From an uncultured Gemmatimonadales bacterium (lineage in GTDB: Bacteria > Gemmatimonadota > Gemmatimonadetes > Gemmatimonadales > GWC2-71-9), in assembly GCA_963779755.1 (NCBI GenBank), contig CAVZZO010000001.1, forward strand, positions 2,048,001 through 2,112,000: DNA of 64,000 nucleotides, read 5' to 3'. A model generated the notes under the pieces. That model made no database searches. It had not been told where the DNA came from and was given only the letters and a program-made list of their open reading frames with translations. The stretch's first letter is position 1. Every line of letters begins with the position of its first letter. This document shows positions 1 to 9,447 of the stretch, piece by piece. A program made the translations under genes and the position numbers.

Positions 1-1272
1 CGCGCCGCCGATCCGGCGGCCCGGCTGGTGGATGCGGTGAAGGCCGGGTCGGCCACGCGGGTCCGCGCCGTCCTGCAGCAATCGCCGGCGCTGGCGGCGC
101 GGCTGAACGAGCCGCTGCCCGGTTTCGGCTTCGGCGGCACTGCGCTGCTGCACGCAGTCTCCCACGGCAAGCTGGAACTGGTGGATGTGCTGCTCGATGC
201 CGGGGCCGACATCAACCAACGCAGCCATTGGTGGGCCGGCGGCTTCGGCGTGCTGGACGACGACGGCGGTCTGGCGCCGCAGCTCATCGCGCGCGGCGCG
301 CGAGTCGACATCCACGCCGCCGTGCGGCTGGAGATGCGCGAGCGGGTGGAGGCGCTCCTCCGTCAATCGCCGGAGCTGGTGCATGCGCGGGGCGGCGACG
401 GCCAGACCCCGCTGCACGTCGCACCTACCGTCGAGATGGCCGCCCTGCTGCTGGAGGCCGGGGCGGACATCGATGCCCGGGATGTCGACCACGAGTCCAC
501 TCCGGCGCAGTACATGGTGCGGGACCGGCAGGGGGTGGCGCGGCATCTCGTGGCGCGCGGATGCCGGACGGACATCCTGATGGCGGCCGCCCTGGGCGAT
601 CTGGCGCTGGTGCGCGAGTACCTGGACCGGGACCCTTCCAGCCTCCGCACCGAGGTATCGGAGCGGTACTTCCCCCGGCAGAACATCCACAGCGGCGCCA
701 CCATCTACCTCTGGACCCTGGGCAATCACAAGACGGCGCACCTGGTGGCGCGGGAGTTCGGCCACGAGGACATCCTGCAGCTTCTGCTGGAGCGAAGCCC
801 GGAAGACCTCCGGCTGGCGGTGGCGAGCGAGCTGGGAGACGAGCCGCTCGGCCGCCGGTTTCTGAAGGCGCGGCCCGGATCAGGGATGGAGATTCCCGAC
901 AGCGACCGTCGCCGCGTGGCCATCGCCGCGCAGAACAACAATGGCGACGCGGTGCGGTTGCTGCTGGAGGGGGGCTGGCCCGCCACAAGCCGGGGCCAGC
1001 ATGGCGGTACGCCGCTGCACTGGGCGGCCTGGCACGGCAACGCCGCCATGGTGCGGGAGCTCCTGGCGCATGGGGCCGCCGTGCATGTTCGCGGTGACGA
1101 GTACGACCTGCCGCCCCTCGGCTGGGCGCTGCACGGCTCGCTCAACAGCTGGCATCGGGACAGCGGCGATTACGCGCTCACGGTGCGCCTGCTGCGGGAG
1201 GCGGGGGCGGAGCTGCCCCGGCCGGCCAGCGAACTGGAGGGCAGTGACGAAGCCTTGGGCGCGCTGGGGTAG
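1..1272 (+). CDS. Ankyrin-repeat protein (probably 5'-truncated by the window edge)
   Basis: Repeated ankyrin motifs (GGTALLHAV..LLDAGADIN, GQTPLHVA..LLEAGADID, GGTPLHWAAWHG..LLAHGA); frame is open from base 1, GTG at 28. Confidence 0.85.
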   Translation, partial: RAADPAARLVDAVKAGSATRVRAVLQQSPALAARLNEPLPGFGFGGTALLHAVSHGKLELVDVLLDAGADINQRSHWWAGGFGVLDDDGGLAPQLIARGARVDIHAAVRLEMRERVEALLRQSPELVHARGGDGQTPLHVAPTVEMAALLLEAGADIDARDVDHESTPAQYMVRDRQGVARHLVARGCRTDILMAAALGDLALVREYLDRDPSSLRTEVSERYFPRQNIHSGATIYLWTLGNHKTAHLVAREFGHEDILQLLLERSPEDLRLAVASELGDEPLGRRFLKARPGSGMEIPDSDRRRVAIAAQNNNGDAVRLLLEGGWPATSRGQHGGTPLHWAAWHGNAAMVRELLAHGAAVHVRGDEYDLPPLGWALHGSLNSWHRDSGDYALTVRLLREAGAELPRPASELEGSDEALGALG

Positions 1273-1287
1273 GGCCGGCCCGCCGCC

Positions 1288-1316
1288 TTGCTCTCCGGGC
1301 CCTGTCGGCTTAATTT
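1288..1316 (+). promoter_or_regulatory. sigma70-type promoter of infC-rpmI-rplT
   Basis: TTGCTC-17 bp-TAATTT. Confidence 0.6.
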
Positions 1317-1321
1317 CGGGT

Positions 1322-1465
1322 CCAGTGAAGCGGGGCAGCGGACCGCCCCCACCCTCAGCCGCAGCAGGATGCGCGCGACCGGGTCCAGACATGAAGCACC
1401 GGGGGGAGGCGTGTCCCCGTGGCGATGTTCGGACATCCGGCTCGACTGGGTGTCCGTTTTTGTTC
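1322..1465 (+). promoter_or_regulatory. Putative L20 (rplT) leader / transcription attenuator
   Basis: Long leader before infC; GAAGC..GCGGACCGCCCCCACCCT resembles L20-leader 5' segments (from memory); hairpin CGGACATCCGG-CTCGA-CTGGGTGTCCG followed by TTTTTGTT at 1430-1464. Confidence 0.55.
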
Positions 1466-1493
1466 TGGGTGTCTCATTTGCCGGGAGGTTTTA

Positions 1494-2015
1494 CTGTCAA
1501 CGACTGATAGAGAAAAGAGGGTCCGGGTCAATCGGCAGATCCGCATCAGTCCCGTCCGGGTGGTCACGGGGGACGGCGAGCAGCTCGGAGTGATGCCGAT
1601 CGAACAGGCGATGGCGGCGGCCGATGAGCGCGGGCTCGATCTGGTTGAGGTCGCCCCGATGGCGCGGCCGCCCGTGGTCAAGATCATGGACTACGGGAAG
1701 TACAAGTTCGAGGAAGCGAAGGCCGCGCGGGCGGCCAAGAAGAAGCAGCACGTCATCCAGCTCAAGGAAGTGAAGCTGCGGCCGGGCATCGACGAGCACG
1801 ATCTCGAGTTCAAGTCGCGCCACGCCCGCGAGTTCCTGGGTGAAGGCAACAAGGTCAAGCTGACGATGATGTTCCGGGGCCGGCAGATGGCCCATACCGA
1901 GTTCGGGCGCGCGGTGCTCGATCGGGTGGCCGAGTCCCTGGGTGATATTGGCAAGGTGGAAGTCGAGCCCAAGCTGGAAGGGCGCAACATGACGATGGTC
2001 CTGGCGCCACGATAG
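1494..2015 (+). CDS. infC: Translation initiation factor IF-3 (non-AUG start, probably CTG at 1494)
   Basis: [51 protein letters not shown] at 1484-1489 precedes in-frame CTG; start position uncertain. Confidence 0.95.
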   Translation: MSTTDREKRVRVNRQIRISPVRVVTGDGEQLGVMPIEQAMAAADERGLDLVEVAPMARPPVVKIMDYGKYKFEEAKAARAAKKKQHVIQLKEVKLRPGIDEHDLEFKSRHAREFLGEGNKVKLTMMFRGRQMAHTEFGRAVLDRVAESLGDIGKVEVEPKLEGRNMTMVLAPR

Positions 2016-2037
2016 GCCCGGATCAGACGGAGATGAT

Positions 2038-2232
2038 ATGCCGAAAATGAAGACCAAGCGGGCGGCGATGAAGCGCTTCAAGCGCACCGGCAGCGGCAAG
2101 CTCAAGCGCTTTCACGCCAACCACAGCCACATCCTGACCAAGAAGACGCGCAAGCGGAAGAATCACCTGCAGAAGCCCGACCTGGTGAGCAGCGCCGACT
2201 ATCCGCGCGTCAACCGCCTGCTTCAGGCGTAA
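2038..2232 (+). CDS. rpmI: 50S ribosomal protein L35
   Basis: [21 protein letters not shown]; between infC and rplT. Confidence 0.97.
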   Translation: MPKMKTKRAAMKRFKRTGSGKLKRFHANHSHILTKKTRKRKNHLQKPDLVSSADYPRVNRLLQA

Positions 2233-2244
2233 AGGAGACGGGTC

Positions 2245-2598
2245 ATGCCTCGAGTCAAAAACGGCCCCGCCCACCACGCCCGGAAGCGGAAGATCATGCA
2301 GGCCGCCAAGGGCGCGCGCGGCGGCCGCAGCAAGCTGTACAAGTCGGCCAAGGAAACGGTCGAGCGCGGCATGCGCTATGCCTATCGCGACCGGCGCAAG
2401 AAGAAGGGCGAATTCCGCATGCTCTGGATCGCCCGGATCAACGCGGCGGCCCGGATGCACGGGCTGAGCTACAGCCGGCTCATGAGCGGGCTGCGGAAGG
2501 CCGGGCTGGAGATCAACCGGAAGATGCTGGCCGATCTGGCGGTGCGGGACGCCGAGGCGTTTGCCCGCATTGCGGAGGCGGCCAAGGCACAGGGCTGA
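2245..2598 (+). CDS. rplT: 50S ribosomal protein L20
   Basis: [42 protein letters not shown]. Confidence 0.97.
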   Translation: MPRVKNGPAHHARKRKIMQAAKGARGGRSKLYKSAKETVERGMRYAYRDRRKKKGEFRMLWIARINAAARMHGLSYSRLMSGLRKAGLEINRKMLADLAVRDAEAFARIAEAAKAQG

Positions 2599-2628
2599 GC
2601 CGGGCGAGTCGCCCGGCCGGAAGCTGAC

Positions 2629-2669
2629 GCCAGGGGTCGCCCGCCGCGGACGGCCCCTGGCTTTATTTT
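2629..2669 (+). terminator. Intrinsic terminator after rplT
   Basis: GCCAGGGGTCG...CGGCCCCTGGC stem followed by TTTATTTT. Confidence 0.65.
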
Positions 2670-2676
2670 GGATCCC

Positions 2677-3828
2677 ATGTCAGAACTCACCGACCTGCAA
2701 GCGAAACTCTCCGCCTTGCGCCAGCGGCTGGGCGGCATCGGCGCTCTGGACCGGCCCGCCCTGGACGCCGAGCATACGGCGGTGCTGGGCCGCAGGCAGG
2801 GGGCGCTTACCGCCCTGCTCCGTGCCCTTCCCAGCCTGGCCCCCGCCGAACGGGTGGTCGTGGGGCGCGAAGCCAACGAGCTGCGCCAGGCCTTCGAGCA
2901 CGCCTTCGAGGAGCGCCAGCAGGCGCTGGCGGTCGAGGCACTGCTGGCCGACAGCGCAGCCCGCGACCTGACCATGCCGGGCCGGGGCCGCTGGACCGGC
3001 GGCACTCACCCGGTCACCCGGGTCATGGCGGAGATCTGCGAGATCTTCCGCGAGCTGGGCTTCACCCGCGCCGTCGGGCCCGAAGCCGAGACCGAGTGGT
3101 ACAACTTCACCTCGCTCAATTTCCCGCCCGATCATCCGGCGCTGGATCAGCACGACACCCTCTACCTCGATACCGGGGAGCGGCGCAGCGGGGAAGAGCG
3201 GCGCCGGCGCCCGGGCGCGCATCCCGGTGTGGAGCGGCGGGTGAGCGGGCAGGACCGTCGCGCGCCCGGCGGCCGCATCCTGCTCCGCACCCACACTTCG
3301 CCGGTGCAGATCCGCACCATGCTGGCCTGGCCCCCGCCCATCCGGGTGGTGATCCCGGGGATGGTCTACCGCAAGGACACCTTTGACGCCTCGCACGCCC
3401 CCGCCTTCAGCCAGATCGAAGGGCTGGTGGTGGACGAAGGCGTATCCTTTGTAGACCTCAAGGCCACGCTGGCGCACTTCGCCCGCCGCTTCTTCCGCGC
3501 CGATACCCTGGTGCGGTTCCGCCCCTCCTACTTCCCCTTCACCGAGCCGTCGGCGGAGATGGACGTGAGCTGTGCGCTGTGCAGCGGCGGCGGCTGCCCC
3601 GCCTGCAAGCAGTCGGGCTGGATGGAGATTCTGGGCTGCGGCATGGTCCATCCCGCCGTCTTCGAGGCGGCGGGCGTCGACCCCGAACGCTATACCGGTT
3701 TCGCCTTCGGCATGGGGCCGCACCGGATCGCCATGCTGCGCTACGGCATTCCCGACATCCGGCTGCTCTGCGAAGGCGACATGCGCTTCCTGGGGCAGTT
3801 CGAGCGCCCCAGGGGAGCCGGCGCATGA
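2677..3828 (+). CDS. pheS: Phenylalanine--tRNA ligase alpha subunit (with Arg-rich insertion)
   Basis: YNFTSLNFPPDHPA, LLRTHTSPVQIR, FRPSYFPFTEPS, WMEILGCGMVHP, GFAFGMG. Confidence 0.96.
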   Translation: MSELTDLQAKLSALRQRLGGIGALDRPALDAEHTAVLGRRQGALTALLRALPSLAPAERVVVGREANELRQAFEHAFEERQQALAVEALLADSAARDLTMPGRGRWTGGTHPVTRVMAEICEIFRELGFTRAVGPEAETEWYNFTSLNFPPDHPALDQHDTLYLDTGERRSGEERRRRPGAHPGVERRVSGQDRRAPGGRILLRTHTSPVQIRTMLAWPPPIRVVIPGMVYRKDTFDASHAPAFSQIEGLVVDEGVSFVDLKATLAHFARRFFRADTLVRFRPSYFPFTEPSAEMDVSCALCSGGGCPACKQSGWMEILGCGMVHPAVFEAAGVDPERYTGFAFGMGPHRIAMLRYGIPDIRLLCEGDMRFLGQFERPRGAGA

Positions 3829-6203
3829 ACATCTCGCGCGCCTGGCTCGAGGCCTTCCTGCGCCGCCCCCTGGATGCCGGCGAGGTCGCCGGCCGCCTGG
3901 CCATGCTGGGCGCCACCGTGGACGCGATCGAACCGGTGCATCCCGGCCTGGGCGATATCGTGGTCGGCCTGGTGGAGGCGGTGGCACCGCACCCCAACGC
4001 CGACCGGCTCCGGGTGTGCACCGTGGACGACGGCTCGCCCGCGCGCCGGCAGGTGATCTGCGGCGCGCCCAACGTCGAGGCAGGGAAGAAATACCCCTTT
4101 GCGCCCATCGGCAGTACGCTGCCCGGCGGGATCGCCATCGAGAAGCGCAAGCTCCGCGGCGTCGTGTCCGAAGGCATGCTCTGCTCCGCCCGGGAGCTCG
4201 GGTTGGGCGAGGACCATGCCGGCATCCTCGAGCTGGACACCGATGCGGCGCCCGGCGCGGCGCTCGCCGCGGCGCTGCCCGTGGGCGACCAGCGGCTGGT
4301 GGTGGACGTCACCCCCAACCGCCCCGATCTGCTGGGCCACAAGGGCGCCGCCCGTGAGTTGGCCGCCGGCTATGGGGTACCGCTGCGCCTGCCGGAGATT
4401 CCCGGCGCCGACCCCGCGGGGGTCCCCACGCCCCGGCGGGCGGAAGCCACCGAAGGCACCATCGGCGGAGTGCGGGTGCGCATCGACGATGCCGACGGCT
4501 GCCGGCGCTTCGTCGCCGCGGTGCTGCGGGGGGTGCAGGTGGGGCCGTCGCCCCGCTGGCTGGCCGAGCGCATCGTGGCCATCGGCATGCGCTCCATCAA
4601 TAACGTGGTGGACGCGACCAACTACGTGATGTTCGAGCTGGCGCAGCCGATGCATGCCTACGACGTGGCCCGGCTGGAGGGGCCGCTGGTGGCGGCCCGG
4701 CGCGCCCGGCCGGACGAGCGGCTGGTTACGCTGGACGACGTCCCCCGGATTCTCACCGACGATATGGTCGTGATCGCCGATGCCAAGGCGGCGGTGGGCG
4801 TGGCCGGCGTCATGGGCGCGGCCCACGTCGAGGTCACCGGGGCGACGACCGATCTCTTCCTCGAGTGCGCCTGGTTCGAGCCCCGGCGGGTCCGCCGGGC
4901 CCGGCGGCGGCTGGGCATCTCCAGCGAGGCGAGCTACCGCTTCGAGCGCGGGGTGGACCTCTGGAATGCCCCGGAGGCCATGCGCCGCTGCATCGAGATC
5001 ATCCAGGCGACGGCCGGGGGTACGCTCGAGGAGCCGCCGCTGGACCTCTACCCCCGTCCCACGCCGCCGCCGCGGGTCTTCCTGCGCGGCAGCCGGGTGG
5101 CCCAGGTGCTGGGCATCGAACTGCCCTGGAGCGAGCTGGAGCGGACCCTCTCGGCGGTCGGAGCGACCATCCTCTCCAAACCGGATGATGGCCGGATCGC
5201 GGTGGACGTGCCCGGCTGGCGGCCCGACCTCGCCCGGGAGATCGATCTGGTCGAGGAGATTGCCCGGATCTACGGCTATGACAATTTCCCCGTGGACCTG
5301 CGGCCCTACCGGCCCGGGACGGTGCCCGACGCGGTGGAGGCTCGGGCCGAAGACCGGTTGCGCGACGGGCTCACGGCCTGGGGGTTGCTGGAGGCCATGA
5401 CCCTGCCGTTCGGGCCTGCCGAAGGTGCCGACAGCGTCCGGGTGGTGAACCCGCTCTCGGCGGAGGATGCCTGGCTGCGGCAGCGGCTGGTCCCCGGCCT
5501 GGTGCGCCAGGTCGAGGCCAACTGGGCCGCGGGCACCCGCGCGGTCCGGCTGTTCGAGGTGGGCCACGTCTTCCGTCAGGCCGATCCGGGACGGCCGCCG
5601 GCCGAGGAGAGCCGGGTGGCGGCGGTCATTACCGGCGAGCGCGAGCCAGCCCACTGGACCACGGCCGGGCACACGCCGGTCTATGATGAATGGGACCTCC
5701 AGGGCCTGTTCCGCGCGGCGGTGGCTCTGGCGCAACCGGACGCATCGGTGCAAGTTGAAGGCAATTCTTGGGTTGCCATAACCAGCGACGGCCGCACCGT
5801 GGGCCGCGCCGAGCGACTGCCGGCCGATGCGCCGCCCTGGGCGGCGCCGGTCTACGGCTTCGAGTTGAGCCTGGTCATGACGCCCGAGCCTCCCCTCCAG
5901 GTCCGGCCGCTGCCCGGCACCCCAGCTTCGGACCGCGATCTGGCGCTGGTGCTGCCGGCCGGGGTGGCCGCCGCCCGGATTCTCGAGGTGGTTCGCCGGG
6001 CCGGCGGAACGCTGCTCGAGACGGCCGACATTCTGAGCGAGTATCGCGGGTCCGGCCTGGCGGCGGGCACCCGGAGCCTGGCGGTTCACCTGGTCTTCCG
6101 GGCGGCCGACCGCACGCTGCAGCGGGATGAAGTCGAGCAGACGGTGGGCCGGATCCTCAAAGTCCTGGAAAGGGAACTCGGTGTTCACCTACGAGAGGCC
6201 TGA
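3825..6203 (+). CDS. pheT: Phenylalanine--tRNA ligase beta subunit
   Basis: HPNADRL..CGAPNV, SEGMLCS, TPNRPD, INNVVDATNYVM, SYRFERGVD, C-terminal anticodon-binding domain; ATGA overlap with pheS. Confidence 0.96.
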   Translation: MNISRAWLEAFLRRPLDAGEVAGRLAMLGATVDAIEPVHPGLGDIVVGLVEAVAPHPNADRLRVCTVDDGSPARRQVICGAPNVEAGKKYPFAPIGSTLPGGIAIEKRKLRGVVSEGMLCSARELGLGEDHAGILELDTDAAPGAALAAALPVGDQRLVVDVTPNRPDLLGHKGAARELAAGYGVPLRLPEIPGADPAGVPTPRRAEATEGTIGGVRVRIDDADGCRRFVAAVLRGVQVGPSPRWLAERIVAIGMRSINNVVDATNYVMFELAQPMHAYDVARLEGPLVAARRARPDERLVTLDDVPRILTDDMVVIADAKAAVGVAGVMGAAHVEVTGATTDLFLECAWFEPRRVRRARRRLGISSEASYRFERGVDLWNAPEAMRRCIEIIQATAGGTLEEPPLDLYPRPTPPPRVFLRGSRVAQVLGIELPWSELERTLSAVGATILSKPDDGRIAVDVPGWRPDLAREIDLVEEIARIYGYDNFPVDLRPYRPGTVPDAVEARAEDRLRDGLTAWGLLEAMTLPFGPAEGADSVRVVNPLSAEDAWLRQRLVPGLVRQVEANWAAGTRAVRLFEVGHVFRQADPGRPPAEESRVAAVITGEREPAHWTTAGHTPVYDEWDLQGLFRAAVALAQPDASVQVEGNSWVAITSDGRTVGRAERLPADAPPWAAPVYGFELSLVMTPEPPLQVRPLPGTPASDRDLALVLPAGVAAARILEVVRRAGGTLLETADILSEYRGSGLAAGTRSLAVHLVFRAADRTLQRDEVEQTVGRILKVLERELGVHLREA

Positions 6204-6486
6204 TTTCCGCGCGCTGGAGGAGCTGCAGGGTCTGCTGCAGCACCTGGGGGAGGAGCTGGCGGCATGGCGCCGCCGCTGCCTCAAGGCCGAGGCGGAGCTG
6301 CAGCAGTTCCAGGACGCCGGGGGAGCCGGCGGGCCCGACCTGGTGCAGTCGCGGCAGCGGGTGGTGGAGCTCGAGGTGGAAAACCAGCGGTTGCGCGAGC
6401 GCATCGACGCGGCGAAGGACCGCGTGCGCATGATCGAAAACCGGCTGGCTTTCGTGGATCAGGGTTCCGAGGACGGTGCCGCATGA
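6181..6486 (+). CDS. Coiled-coil protein, ZapB-like
   Basis: Heptad-rich (VVELEVENQRLRERIDAAKDRV); sits between pheT and zapA; GTG start overlaps the pheT 3' end. Confidence 0.65.
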   Translation: MFTYERPDFRALEELQGLLQHLGEELAAWRRRCLKAEAELQQFQDAGGAGGPDLVQSRQRVVELEVENQRLRERIDAAKDRVRMIENRLAFVDQGSEDGAA

Positions 6487-6809
6487 GCGCGTCGAAGCAC
6501 GCCGTCCGGGTGGTGATCGGCGGCGAGGAATACACGGTGCGCTCGGAGCTGCCGCCGGAATACACCCGGGAGGTCGCCGCCTACGTGGATCAGGCGCTGG
6601 CCCGGGTACGGGACATGGTCCCGAGCGTAGAGTCGCACAAGGCGGCGATCCTCGCCGCCCTGGCCATTACCGACGAGCTGTTTCAGGCGCGGCGCGGCGA
6701 CCGGGAGCTGGCGGCCCGGTTGTCGGCACTGGGCGATGAGCTGGCCCGGTTGCTGCCGCCGGCCAAACGGGGCCGTCGGGTTTCCGGGAGTGTCCCGGCG
6801 CAGGACTGA
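6483..6809 (+). CDS. zapA: Cell division protein ZapA
   Basis: VRVVIGGEEYTV..VAAYVD..AILAALAITDEL; pheT-zapA-rny synteny. Confidence 0.88.
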   Translation: MSASKHAVRVVIGGEEYTVRSELPPEYTREVAAYVDQALARVRDMVPSVESHKAAILAALAITDELFQARRGDRELAARLSALGDELARLLPPAKRGRRVSGSVPAQD

Positions 6810-6854
6810 CCGCGAGCGGACGCCGCCCCGCGTCCCCGTGCTGGAGATAGATCT

Positions 6855-8435
6855 ATGCCTCAGCCATTCCTGCTGCCTCTGCTCGGAGGCGTCGCCGCCG
6901 GGCTGATCGTGGCTGTTGTCGCCATTACGCTCTACATCCGCGCCCAGAAGAAAGAGGCCGCCGGCATCGTGGCGACCGCCCGGGTCGAGGCCGAGCGCCT
7001 GGTCGCCGAAGGCCGCCGGGAGGTCGAGGCGGCGCGCGCCCAGGCCGCGCTGGAAGGCCGCATGGAGACCATCCGGCTGCGGGAGGAGGTCGACCGCGAG
7101 GTCCAGCGCCGGCGGGAAGAGCTGGAGCGGCTGGAGCGCCGGGCGGAAGACCGGGAGCGCTCGCTCGACCGCAAGCTGGGCGAGGTGCGGGAACAGGAGA
7201 AGCGGCTGGAGGCACGCGAGGGCGAAGCCCGGCGGCGGCTGGAGGAGCTGGAACAGCGGCAAGTGGAGCTGGGCAAGGGGGAGGCGGAGCAGCGCCGCCA
7301 GCTGGAGCGGGTGGCCGGCATGACGGTCGACGATGCCCGCAAGGAATTGCTGCAACAGGTGGAGGACGAGGCCCGGGGCGCCGCGGCCGCGCTGGCCCGG
7401 GACATCAAGGACCAGGCCCGCAAGGGCGCGGAACGGGAATCCCGGCGCATCGTGGCCATGGCGATGCAGCGTATCGCCGCCGAGCACACCGCCGAGTCCA
7501 CCGTGGCGGCCGTGACCCTTCCCAGCGACGAGATGAAAGGCCGGATCATCGGCCGCGAAGGCCGGAACATCCGCGCCTTCGAGGCGGCCACCGGCGTGGA
7601 CGTGATCATCGACGACACGCCGGACACCGTGGTGGTTTCCTGCTTCGATCCCATCCGGCGCGAAGTGGCGCGCCGGGCCCTGGACGCCCTCATCGCCGAC
7701 GGGCGCATTCATCCCGGACGCATCGAAGAGGTGGTGAGCAAACTGCAGAAGGAGCTGGACGAGCAGCTGGTGGAGCTGGGCGAGCAGGCGGCCTACGAAA
7801 CCAGCGTGAACGGCCTGCATCCCGAAATCATCAAGCTGATCGGCCGGATGCGCTACCGCTCGTCCTACGGGCAGAATCTGCTGGAGCATTCCAAGGAGGT
7901 GGCCTGGCTGGCCGCCATGATGGCCGCCGAGCTGGGGGTCGACGTCAAGCTCGCCCGGCGGGGCGCGCTGTTGCACGATATCGGCAAGGTCCTGAGCCAC
8001 GAACACGAGGGGACCCACGTGGAGCTGGGAGTCGAGATCGCGCGCAAGTTCGGCGAGGATGCCGCCGTCATCAACTGTATTCACGCCCACCACGACGACG
8101 TGCCGCACGAGAGCACCGAGTCGGTGCTGGTCCAGGCCGCCGATGCCATCAGCGGCTCCCGGCCCGGCGCGCGGCGGGAGGCTTTCGAGAGCTACGTCAA
8201 GCGGCTCACCCGCCTGGAGGAAATCGCCAACGGCTTCGAGGGCGTGGAGAAGTGCAGCGTCATTCAGGCCGGCCGCGAGATCCGGGTGGTGGTCCGGCCC
8301 GACCGGATCAACGACGATGCCGCCGCCACCCTGAGCGACCAGATCGCCCGCCGCATCGAGAACGAACTGCAATACCCGGGGCAGATCAAGGTGGTGGTGG
8401 TGCGCGAGACCCGCGCCGTGGAGTTTGCCCGATGA
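6855..8435 (+). CDS. rny: Ribonuclease Y
   Basis: N-terminal TM, coiled coil, KH domain ([14 protein letters not shown]), HD domain (LLHDIGK), RPGARRE, YPGQIKV. Confidence 0.96.
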   Translation: MPQPFLLPLLGGVAAGLIVAVVAITLYIRAQKKEAAGIVATARVEAERLVAEGRREVEAARAQAALEGRMETIRLREEVDREVQRRREELERLERRAEDRERSLDRKLGEVREQEKRLEAREGEARRRLEELEQRQVELGKGEAEQRRQLERVAGMTVDDARKELLQQVEDEARGAAAALARDIKDQARKGAERESRRIVAMAMQRIAAEHTAESTVAAVTLPSDEMKGRIIGREGRNIRAFEAATGVDVIIDDTPDTVVVSCFDPIRREVARRALDALIADGRIHPGRIEEVVSKLQKELDEQLVELGEQAAYETSVNGLHPEIIKLIGRMRYRSSYGQNLLEHSKEVAWLAAMMAAELGVDVKLARRGALLHDIGKVLSHEHEGTHVELGVEIARKFGEDAAVINCIHAHHDDVPHESTESVLVQAADAISGSRPGARREAFESYVKRLTRLEEIANGFEGVEKCSVIQAGREIRVVVRPDRINDDAAATLSDQIARRIENELQYPGQIKVVVVRETRAVEFAR

Positions 8436-9325
8436 GCGCCCGGCGGCTGGACGGCGCGGCCCTGGGCAAGACCATCCGCGCCGAGGTGGCCGGCGTGGTG
8501 AAGGAGCTGGTGGCGGCGGGCACCACGCCGGGCCTCGCCGTGGTGCTGGTGGGGGACAACCCGGCCAGCCAGGTGTACGTCCGGAGCAAGGGGCGCGCCT
8601 GCGAAGAGGCGGGGATGCACTCGGTCACCATCCGCATGCCGGAGGAGTCGAGTGAGGAGGAGGTGCTCGCGACGGTCGACCGCCTCAACGCCGACCCGGC
8701 TATCCACGGCATCCTGGTGCAGCTTCCGCTGCCGCCCCAGATCAACGCCGAGCTGGTGCTGGAGCGGATCGACCCGCGCAAGGACGTGGACGGATTCCAT
8801 CCGGTGAACGTCGGCAGGCTGGTGCAGGGCGATCCCGCCGGCTTCCGGCCGGCCACGCCCTACGGCGTGCAGCAGATGCTGATCCGCTCCGGCATCGAAA
8901 CGAAGGGTGCCCATGCCGTGATCGTCGGCCGGTCCAATATCGTGGGGAAGCCCATGGCCAACCTGCTGGTGCAGAACGGTCCCGGGGGCAACGCCACGGT
9001 GACCGTCTGCCATTCCCGCAGTCGCGATCTTCCCTCCATCACCCGCCTGGCCGATATCCTGGTGGTGGCGATCGGCAAGCCCGGCTTCGTGACCGCCGGC
9101 ATGGTCAAGCCCGGGGCCACGGTGGTCGACGTCGGTATCAACCGGGTCGACGACGCCAGCCGCGAGCGCGGCTACCGGCTGGTGGGCGACGTGGACTTCG
9201 AGCCCGTCTCCGAGGTGGCCGGCGCGATCACGCCGGTGCCCGGCGGGGTAGGGCCCATGACCATCGCCATGCTGCTGGTGAATACCCTGCAGGCGGCGAA
9301 GGCGGTAGGGGCGACGCAGCGGTAG
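8432..9325 (+). CDS. folD: Bifunctional methylenetetrahydrofolate dehydrogenase/cyclohydrolase
   Basis: [47 protein letters not shown]. Confidence 0.96.
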   Translation: MSARRLDGAALGKTIRAEVAGVVKELVAAGTTPGLAVVLVGDNPASQVYVRSKGRACEEAGMHSVTIRMPEESSEEEVLATVDRLNADPAIHGILVQLPLPPQINAELVLERIDPRKDVDGFHPVNVGRLVQGDPAGFRPATPYGVQQMLIRSGIETKGAHAVIVGRSNIVGKPMANLLVQNGPGGNATVTVCHSRSRDLPSITRLADILVVAIGKPGFVTAGMVKPGATVVDVGINRVDDASRERGYRLVGDVDFEPVSEVAGAITPVPGGVGPMTIAMLLVNTLQAAKAVGATQR

Positions 9326-9410
9326 GGGCGACGCATGCGTCGCCCCTACCGCCTCGCCCCTACCGCCTGCGTCGCCCCTACCGCTGCGTCGCCCCTATCG
9401 CTGCGCCCCT
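9302..9410. repeat. GTAG-type REP cluster (17-nt unit GCGGTAGGGGCGACGCA and its inverse)
   Basis: Two direct copies then four to five inverted copies; perfect 34-bp palindrome at 9319-9352; folD stop TAG lies in the second unit. Confidence 0.9.
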
Positions 9411-9447
9411 CGGTCCTTTTCTCTCAGTCCTGCGGTAAGTTTCAGCC

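Noticed and set aside
1419..1493. N-terminal extension of IF3 from the ORF-track start
   Set aside because: It overlaps the leader terminator hairpin, has no SD and does not resemble IF3
6810..6854. 6S RNA, often found after zapA
   Set aside because: The spacer is only 45 bp, too short
9302..9410. CRISPR array
   Set aside because: Units are 14-18 nt, abut without unique spacers, switch orientation, and no cas genes are nearby
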